A stretch of DNA of 64,000 bases from Crocinitomicaceae bacterium (GTDB lineage: Bacteria > Bacteroidota > Bacteroidia > Flavobacteriales_D > Crocinitomicaceae), in contig CBDDLF010000007.1 of assembly GCA_965230585.1 (NCBI GenBank), positions 68,188 through 132,187 of the forward strand. The letters are read 5' to 3'. The position numbers and the translations under genes were made by a program. Below are positions 57,586 to 64,000 of this stretch, one piece after another (within the stretch, counting starts at the first letter, position 1; each line of letters opens with the position of its first letter). The notes under the pieces were generated by a model, which had not been told where the DNA came from, made no database searches, and saw only the letters and a list, made by a program, of their open reading frames with translations.

Positions 57586-57757
57586 TTACCTGAATTGTAG
57601 CTTAAGCCCAGTTCTACCCGCCTCACCTAAACGGAAAGATTTCCACAAGAATGAGAGCTTCCTGGGATAGATCCACTCTTCACGACAGCTCCTAAGCAGA
57701 GCCTCTAGCGGTACCTCTGGCTAATCGCGAAGCCCCTCACTATCTCGGAGAAGACAC

Positions 57758-60700
57758 GTGAATCGCCCTCTTCTGTCCCTCATTGCAATCGCCCTGTTGA
57801 CGCCACCAGTCTTTGGTGACGTGCTTCCTTGCACCGGCGGCGCCTGGTCGGCATTGCCCGGCAGCGACATGCTCACGGCCTCGCCGACTGAATTCGTCAG
57901 CTTCGACGACGGCAGCGGTCCGGCCATCTTTGCGGCCGGTGCTTTCGGTGATCCCAAACCCGTCGCGAAATGGGACGGGACTGCTTGGTCGCTCATGGGG
58001 CCGACCTCACACGGCCAATCGGTGGCCGTCTTCAACGACGGCAGCGGAGCGGCCCTCTACGCCGGAACTTGGGAAGCGGGAATCCAAAAGTGGGACGGCG
58101 CGGTGTGGTCGGCCGTGCCCGGCACCTTCAGCGGAAGCGGTCCCACGGCGATGGCCGTCTTCGACGACGGCAACGGCTCAGCCCTCTACGTCGGCGGTAG
58201 GTTCGCCACCATCGACGGCCTGACGGTGAACGGCATCGCCAAATGGGACGGCTCGGCTTGGTCGGCCCTTTCCGGACCCATGGGCACCGGTCTCACGGAC
58301 CCTTCGTTCGTGATTGTCGAAGGGATGACGGTCTTCGATGACGGCAGCGGTCCGGCGCTCTACGTGGGTGGACGATTCACCACCGCCGGTGGCGTGGTGG
58401 CCGGCAACCTCGCCAAGTGGGACGGCTCGGCTTGGTCGGCGCCCGCGGGTCTCAATGATCTGGTGTTCGCGCTCGAAGTCTTCGACGACGGCAGCGGCCC
58501 CGCTCTCCACGCCGCCGGCAGATTCCTCGTCGACGGCAGCCGCGTGGCCAAATGGGACGGAGCGACTTGGTCGGGCCTAGGCTCGACATCCGGTGACGAT
58601 ATCAACGACCTGATCGTCTTCAACGACGGTCGAGGCGCAGCGCTCTATGCGGCCGGCTCGATCGGCACGGTGAGCGGGGCTCTGGTCAACAACGTCGCTC
58701 GGTGGGACGGTGAGGATTGGTCAGCCCTCTATGGGCCGTCCGAAATCGGCACGGACGATCGGGTCTTTGCGTTGGGCGTCTTTGACGACGGCGGAGGCCC
58801 GGCCCTCGTCGCCGGCGGCTCTTTCACCACCGCGGGTGGCACGGCAGCGCCGTTCGCGGCGAGATATTCCTGCGCCTTCGGCACCGCGGCAGACCATTGC
58901 AACACGGAGAACGGCACTTGGGGACCGGTTTTTGCCGGGCCGGGACCGAGCTACGACCTCAAGGCGTTGGCCACCTTCGACAGCGGCTCCGGTCCGCAGA
59001 TCTACGGCGGCGGCGAGTTTTCCTCGATCGACGGCGTGGCGCGAAACGGGCTCGGCCGGTGGACCGGAGCGGAGTGGGAATCCGTCAACGGCGGGGTTCA
59101 GGACAGCTACGGGGATCCCGGCGAGGTCCGGGAGCTCATCGTCTTTGACGACGGCGGGGGTCAGACACTCTTTGCCGGTGGCTACTTTGAAATCGCCGGT
59201 GGTGTTCCGGCGATCAACATCGCGAAATACGACGGCATGACGTGGTCCGCCTTGGGGAGTCCCGATCTGGACGACGGCGTGGAGGTCATGGCGATCTTCG
59301 ACGACGGCGGAGGCCCAGCCCTCTACGTCGGCGGCTATTTCACCACCGCCGGCGGGGTGACCGTGAACGGCATTGCCAAATGGGACGGCGCGGCTTGGTC
59401 GGCCCTGACCGATGCGGGCGGATCGGGGGTCACCACCAGCCTCGGGACCGGCAACGTCTACGCCATGACGGTCTTTGACGATGGGAGCGGACCGGCCCTC
59501 TATGTCGGAGGATCCTTCACCACCGCCGGTGGCGTCACTGCTCACGACGTCGCGAAGTGGGACGGCACGGCTTGGTCGGCTTTGGCCGGCGGGACCGGCA
59601 GCATTCCGGACAGCGTTCTCGCGTTGACCGTCTTTGACGACGGCGGCGGTCCTGCGCTCTATGCCGGTGGTGATCTCTCGACTCTCGGCGGGGTGAGCGT
59701 GAGCAACATCGCGAAATGGGACGGCACCGCTTGGTCGAAGCTGGACGGCCCGGCGGGAGACGGCACCGATGATCAAGTGTATAGCCTGTCGGTTTTCGAC
59801 GACGGCGGAGGGCCGGCGCTCTACGCCTCCGGTAGCTTTTCCACGGCGGGCGGTGTGACGACGGGTCGGGTGGCCAAGTGGAACGGCACCGCTTGGTCAG
59901 GGGTGTCGGGTCCCAACGAAGCTTGGGTCACGGTGCTGGCGACCCTGGACGACGGCGGCGGTCTCGCCCTCTATGCCGGTGGAACCTTCGACACGGCCGG
60001 CAGCGTCGTCACCGGCGGCTTGGCCAAATACGACGGCTCGGCGTGGTCGGCTTTGGCAGCACCGGCGTCCGGCGTCAACCAAGCCGTCTCGGCATTGACC
60101 GCATTCGACGACGGCAGTGGCTCGGCCCTTTACGCCGGTGGCTCCTTCACTACCGCCGGCAACATCCTCGCTAATCGCGTGGCGCGCTGGGATGGTGCCG
60201 CGTGGAGCGCCCTCTCGGGTCCTTCGGACAACGGCATGGACGATGCCGTGCTCGCTTTGGTGAGCTTCGACGACGGTGGCGGCCCGGCCCTCTATGCCGG
60301 CGGCTCCTTCACGAGCGCGGGGGGAATCGCCGCAAATCACATCGCGAAATGGGACGGCACAGTGTGGTCTGCCCTGGCGGGGCCCTCTGGCACCGGCACC
60401 GACGGCACGGTATCCGCCCTCGCAGTTTTCGATGACGGCGGCGGCCCAGCGCTCTACGTCGGTGGATCCTTCACCGCGGCTGGAGGCATCGCCGCAAACC
60501 ACATCGCGAAATGGGACGGCACGACGTGGTCAGCTCTCTCCGGCCCCGGTGGCAACGGACTGGACGGCACCGTTCACGCCCTCGCCGCCTTCGACGGAGA
60601 GCTCTACGTCGGCGGCTCTTTCACGACCGCAGGGGGTGAAACCGTGAATCACGTCGCCAAGTGGGACGGCACGGCGTGGTCCGCCTTATTTTGCCCCACG

Positions 60701-61228
60701 GGGATCGGCACCAACGGCTCGGTGCTCGCCCTGACCGTCCACGATGGCACCCTTCATGTGGGAGGCAGTTTCGACACAGTGGCCGCTGCGCCTGCGAATC
60801 GCATCGCGAGATGGAACGGAAGCGAGTGGTTGACCATGGGCGGTCCTTCGGGAACCGGCATGGACTCCGATGTCGAAGCGCTGGCCGGCTTTGAGTCCGG
60901 AACCTCGGCGATGCTCGTCGCCGGCGGCAGCTTCGACACCGCGGGCGGAATGACGACCCGCTCTATCGCCAATTGGCGGGGAGCCTGGCAACCCGTCTTC
61001 GGCCCCACCGCGGTCGGCGTCTACGGCTCCGTAGCAGCGCTCGCGTATTTCGACGACGGCCTCGGTCCGGTCGGCAGCGACCCCGCGCTCTACGTAGGCG
61101 GGTGGTTCGAAACGGCCGGTGGAATGGCGTCGCAATTCCTTGCGCGATATTCCTGTTACGGCGGTGACCTCTTCCGGGACGGTTTCGAAACCGGTGATAC
61201 GTCACGCTGGGCTTGGACGGCCCCTTAA
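57758..61228 (+). CDS. Giant secreted propeller-repeat protein (about 21 blades), paralog of 38850..42623, DGFETGDTSRW tail
   Basis: GTG start with the signal peptide MNRPLLSLIAIALLTPPVFG. The same (I/V)AKWDG.AWSAL...VFDDGSGPALY.GG.F..AGG repeat is present. Repeat blocks close with ARYSC. The protein ends LFRDGFETGDTSRWAWTAP. Confidence 0.85.
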   Translation: MNRPLLSLIAIALLTPPVFGDVLPCTGGAWSALPGSDMLTASPTEFVSFDDGSGPAIFAAGAFGDPKPVAKWDGTAWSLMGPTSHGQSVAVFNDGSGAALYAGTWEAGIQKWDGAVWSAVPGTFSGSGPTAMAVFDDGNGSALYVGGRFATIDGLTVNGIAKWDGSAWSALSGPMGTGLTDPSFVIVEGMTVFDDGSGPALYVGGRFTTAGGVVAGNLAKWDGSAWSAPAGLNDLVFALEVFDDGSGPALHAAGRFLVDGSRVAKWDGATWSGLGSTSGDDINDLIVFNDGRGAALYAAGSIGTVSGALVNNVARWDGEDWSALYGPSEIGTDDRVFALGVFDDGGGPALVAGGSFTTAGGTAAPFAARYSCAFGTAADHCNTENGTWGPVFAGPGPSYDLKALATFDSGSGPQIYGGGEFSSIDGVARNGLGRWTGAEWESVNGGVQDSYGDPGEVRELIVFDDGGGQTLFAGGYFEIAGGVPAINIAKYDGMTWSALGSPDLDDGVEVMAIFDDGGGPALYVGGYFTTAGGVTVNGIAKWDGAAWSALTDAGGSGVTTSLGTGNVYAMTVFDDGSGPALYVGGSFTTAGGVTAHDVAKWDGTAWSALAGGTGSIPDSVLALTVFDDGGGPALYAGGDLSTLGGVSVSNIAKWDGTAWSKLDGPAGDGTDDQVYSLSVFDDGGGPALYASGSFSTAGGVTTGRVAKWNGTAWSGVSGPNEAWVTVLATLDDGGGLALYAGGTFDTAGSVVTGGLAKYDGSAWSALAAPASGVNQAVSALTAFDDGSGSALYAGGSFTTAGNILANRVARWDGAAWSALSGPSDNGMDDAVLALVSFDDGGGPALYAGGSFTSAGGIAANHIAKWDGTVWSALAGPSGTGTDGTVSALAVFDDGGGPALYVGGSFTAAGGIAANHIAKWDGTTWSALSGPGGNGLDGTVHALAAFDGELYVGGSFTTAGGETVNHVAKWDGTAWSALFCPTGIGTNGSVLALTVHDGTLHVGGSFDTVAAAPANRIARWNGSEWLTMGGPSGTGMDSDVEALAGFESGTSAMLVAGGSFDTAGGMTTRSIANWRGAWQPVFGPTAVGVYGSVAALAYFDDGLGPVGSDPALYVGGWFETAGGMASQFLARYSCYGGDLFRDGFETGDTSRWAWTAP

Positions 61229-61258
61229 CAGTCAAAAGAAGGTGTCATCAACGTCGGC

Positions 61259-61300
61259 AATCAGCGCCGGTCGGGTATCCGGCCGGCGCTGATGGTTTTG
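61259..61300 (+). terminator. Rho-independent terminator
   Basis: The arms atcagcgccggtcgg/ccggccggcgctgat pair at 14 of 15 positions with loop gtat, followed by GGTTTTGT. Confidence 0.75.
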
Positions 61301-61503
61301 TATGGATTCAAAGAGTTTTTGGGCGCCCCACCCATCCGCTCCGAGCGGACCTCTTATCTTAAACCCGCTATGCCAATAAAGATTTATATCGAGCTATTTT
61401 TGTCTCATGTCTGCAAACTCCGGCCCATCATTGCAATGATGACACGTTGCGGTCTCCAAGCCATGATCATTTCCACACTAAAACCCAACTCTTGGAGACA
61501 TCC

Positions 61504-61761
61504 ATGAACAAAAAGAGAATCCTATCCATCACCTTCCTCTTCTTCGCCCTCACTTTCCTGGCCTCCGGCGCCTCCGCCAGCCCCTTGTGCTGGGAGTGTG
61601 CGTATAACGATCTCTGTATTCCGGTAGCGGCAGGCTTCGGCTTCGATAGCTGCGAGGAAGTGAACAAATGGGTCTGCATCTACAATCCACAGCTGGGAGC
61701 CACCCAATGCTTCAACTTTTCCTACTGCAGAACCGGCGGAACCTGTGATTTCGAGTACTGA
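61504..61761 (+). CDS. Small secreted Cys-rich protein (85 aa precursor, 8 Cys in the mature part)
   Basis: The ATG follows GGAGA. The signal peptide is MNKKRILSITFLFFALTFLASGASA. The mature part is SPLCWECAYNDLCIPVAAGFGFDSCEEVNKWVCIYNPQLGATQCFNFSYCRTGGTCDFEY. The upstream region is AT-rich. Confidence 0.6.
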   Translation: MNKKRILSITFLFFALTFLASGASASPLCWECAYNDLCIPVAAGFGFDSCEEVNKWVCIYNPQLGATQCFNFSYCRTGGTCDFEY

Positions 61762-61785
61762 TTAAGCGGTTTTTCCGCGTAGGAA

Positions 61786-61814
61786 GCGCGGGCTGTTCTT
61801 CGAGCAGCCCGCGC
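61786..61814 (+). terminator. Hairpin after the small Cys-rich ORF
   Basis: gcgcgggctg, loop ttcttcgag, cagcccgcgc. The U-tract is weak. Confidence 0.5.
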
Positions 61815-61956
61815 ATTCACAAACCCTTCAGATCTACCGCTCCAACGCCTCGCTCCTCAAGTCAGAGAAGGGTGAGCAGTCCCCCATGCCTCCCCAGAAC
61901 CTTCATCGAAGGGTGGACGCCCTAAAACACACCCATAGACAGGAAAGCCACACGTT

Positions 61957-64000
61957 TTGAGAAAATTAACCTTTTTACTCATCGCGATCTTGTTCCCCTG
62001 TGTTTCTGATGCATCATCCGCTCAGGACAACACCGAGCGCGAGATCCAGCTGAGCTTGGCCTTCGAGGGTGAGCTTCCCGAGGAAGAATCTCTGTCCGTT
62101 GAGCTCATCTGGGCAGCCGATTGTTCGAAAGAAGAGCTCTCCTCCCACGCGCAAGCCGTGACCACCACCGTGTCGGCCGTGAGCAAGGAGCACTCGGTCG
62201 TCCTCGACCTACCCATCGGCGATCTTTGCCTCCAAGCTCGAGCCGAAGGTTTCATGAGCCCCGCCGCTCTCCTCTCAGGGCAAAACCGCGCACTTCGGCT
62301 CACGATGGTTCCCTCGACCCGACTCACTTTTCGACCGGTTTTTACCAAACCTACAGCGCAGAAAGCTGGTGCCGACTTATCGCAGGCCGATGGGCTGCTC
62401 CAACGAGGGGTCCTGAGCCTGACCTCCCTGGAGCCTGCCACTCGGCCGGGTGAAAGCAACGGCAACGGCGGGGCGGGAAAAGAAACCTCTGATCGGGCCC
62501 CGTCTACCTGGGTCAGTCTTTGCGCCTGGCAACCGCCGCGACTCTTCTGTCCGATTCCCAGCGGACGATGGGACGCCAAATTGGAGATTCCGTCCATGGC
62601 TCCCATCTACCTATGGGCGTTGAATATCGACCCCGCGGATGCCCTCGATGGAGGCGAGATCCAGCTGGTTCCCGGCGCTTCGATTTCGGGCTGGATCAGC
62701 GGATCGCCGGCGGATCTGGCCGGTGTAGAGCTCAAGCTGAGGCGACCGACCTTCGGCTGGCTATCCGACGCCGCGGAAAGACGCCGGCACGACGGCTTGG
62801 CGAATAGCGCGCGACCGGACGACCGTGGCTTCTTTCAAATGACGGGTTTGGCAGAAGGCATCTATCGGTTGAATGCCCTGCTGCCGGACGTCGGCGAGCT
62901 GATGTTGATTGAGACCCGATTGTCGACAGGCCAGGAGCTGGAAGTCGAGGATCTGGTGATCGAAGCACCTGCGACGGTAGATCTCGTGCTCTCCCCGGCC
63001 ATGGATCCCGAAGATCGCCCTTGGAAAATCGAGCTGAAAAAACAACGGGAGAGATCCTTCTCATTCATCACTGAGACCTCGGGTTTTGCGGATCCGACCG
63101 GTTATTGGCAGAGCCGTCCCCTGCTTCCGGGCAAATACGAGCTGACGGTGTCATCGGAGACCGGCGAGAAGTGGCATACCCAGGAGCTGGTCCACGAAAC
63201 GCATGGCACTTCGGAAACGATCACCATGGATTGGGTGACGGTCGAGGGCAGGTTGGTCCTCGGTGACGAGCCCATGGCCGGCACGATTGTCTTCGGAGGA
63301 ATCCACGGCGCGGAGCAAGTGTCCCTCGAAGCCGATGAGGAGGGCAGCTTCCGCGGTGCCTTGCCTCGGCGTGGAGATTGGCCCGTTGAGGTCAAAACAG
63401 CGTCCGTCTACCAGATTCGAGCAGACCCTATTTTCATCGACGACTCGGAGCCGGCACCGGTGGAGCTCGAGATCGAGCTGCCCGATACCCGAATCTACGG
63501 CAAAGTTTTTCGCGGCGAGCAGCAGGTAGAAGGCGCCTTCGTCAGCATCTATCGCTTTGAGGACAGTCGCAAGGAACGACTCGCGCTGCTGCAAACCGAT
63601 GCCCAGGGAGCGTTCGAGATCGTCGGTCTCGAGCCCGGTGAGGTCTCGATCTCGGCAAAACACCAAAAGGCGACGAGCCGGCAAGAGAGCTTATCCCTGG
63701 ACGAGGACGTCGAAGCGCCCGAGCTGAGGCTCGAGCTTCAGAAGACAAGAACACTCAAAGGCATGGTGACGTGCGGCGGCCTACCGGCACCGGGCTCATT
63801 CCTGGTGATGCTCACCGGCGACACCGCCGCCACCAGAGAGGCCTTCGAAGCCACCTCCGGGGTCGACGGATCGTTCGAGGTCACCCTTCCCGATCCGACG
63901 GAAGCCATCGACCTGATGGCAACTTCTCCGGAATGCGGCACCTTCATCGGTCGCCGCGATTTGAAACCGTCCGGCGTCGAGCAAATTGCTCTCAACCGCC
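61957..64000 (+). CDS. Secreted protein with carboxypeptidase-regulatory-like (prealbumin-fold) repeats, 3' partial; not in the supplied ORF track
   Basis: I translated 61957..64000 by hand and found 681 codons without a stop. The TTG start follows AGGAAAG and is followed by a signal-like LRKLTFLLIAILFPCVSDASSAQ. Motifs such as GKVFRGEQQVEGAFVSIYRF....LLQTDAQGAFEIVGLEPGEVSISAK are present. Confidence 0.75.
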   Translation, partial: MRKLTFLLIAILFPCVSDASSAQDNTEREIQLSLAFEGELPEEESLSVELIWAADCSKEELSSHAQAVTTTVSAVSKEHSVVLDLPIGDLCLQARAEGFMSPAALLSGQNRALRLTMVPSTRLTFRPVFTKPTAQKAGADLSQADGLLQRGVLSLTSLEPATRPGESNGNGGAGKETSDRAPSTWVSLCAWQPPRLFCPIPSGRWDAKLEIPSMAPIYLWALNIDPADALDGGEIQLVPGASISGWISGSPADLAGVELKLRRPTFGWLSDAAERRRHDGLANSARPDDRGFFQMTGLAEGIYRLNALLPDVGELMLIETRLSTGQELEVEDLVIEAPATVDLVLSPAMDPEDRPWKIELKKQRERSFSFITETSGFADPTGYWQSRPLLPGKYELTVSSETGEKWHTQELVHETHGTSETITMDWVTVEGRLVLGDEPMAGTIVFGGIHGAEQVSLEADEEGSFRGALPRRGDWPVEVKTASVYQIRADPIFIDDSEPAPVELEIELPDTRIYGKVFRGEQQVEGAFVSIYRFEDSRKERLALLQTDAQGAFEIVGLEPGEVSISAKHQKATSRQESLSLDEDVEAPELRLELQKTRTLKGMVTCGGLPAPGSFLVMLTGDTAATREAFEATSGVDGSFEVTLPDPTEAIDLMATSPECGTFIGRRDLKPSGVEQIALNR

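Noticed and set aside
61414-61432. Sigma-54-like CCGGCCCATCATTGCAAT upstream of the small Cys-rich ORF
   Set aside because: The GG to GC spacing is 9 nt instead of 10, and the -24 element is GGCCC rather than GGCAC.

Overview
High-G+C bacterial chromosomal segment (composition judged by eye, not computed) with about 40 credible protein genes, 6 gene remnants and no rRNA, tRNA or CRISPR. The gene content is a PadR regulator next to an ADOP-type duplicated FtsX permease, a sigma-54 two-component pair, a TPR-fused sulfatase and many large secreted beta-propeller or FG-GAP proteins. This suggests an Acidobacteriota-like organism, which is inference only. Five points stand out. (1) A dispersed REP-like repeat with core GGAAACTACGTGGCACCT forms spacer-less tandem arrays in at least 7 intergenic regions, all on the + strand. 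One array lies directly upstream of a RAYT-like HUH (IS200-type Y1) transposase gene at 27646..28611. (2) Four secreted proteins and one truncated paralog end in the same short tail, F.DGFE(S/T)G(D/N).(S/N).W, encoded with different codons. (3) Three good sigma-54 (-24/-12) promoter candidates are present. Two are divergent, between a trypsin-like protease gene and an NtrC-type kinase/regulator operon. One lies upstream of a 1293-aa secreted protein with a transglutaminase-like C-terminal domain. (4) A visibly lower-G+C islet at about 2.7-8.6 kb holds decayed modules: a HINT remnant with an immunity-like gene, a sigma-54 AAA+ remnant, a frameshifted DUF433 gene and a nucleotidyltransferase pair. 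(5) One protein has the architecture kinase, class III cyclase, kinase, TM helix, TPR, and is followed by two low-G+C orphan ORFs. One long ORF (61957 to the window end) is absent from the supplied ORF track because it has no stop in the window. The first gene is also open at the 5' edge. Many long antisense ORFs in the track are high-G+C artefacts.
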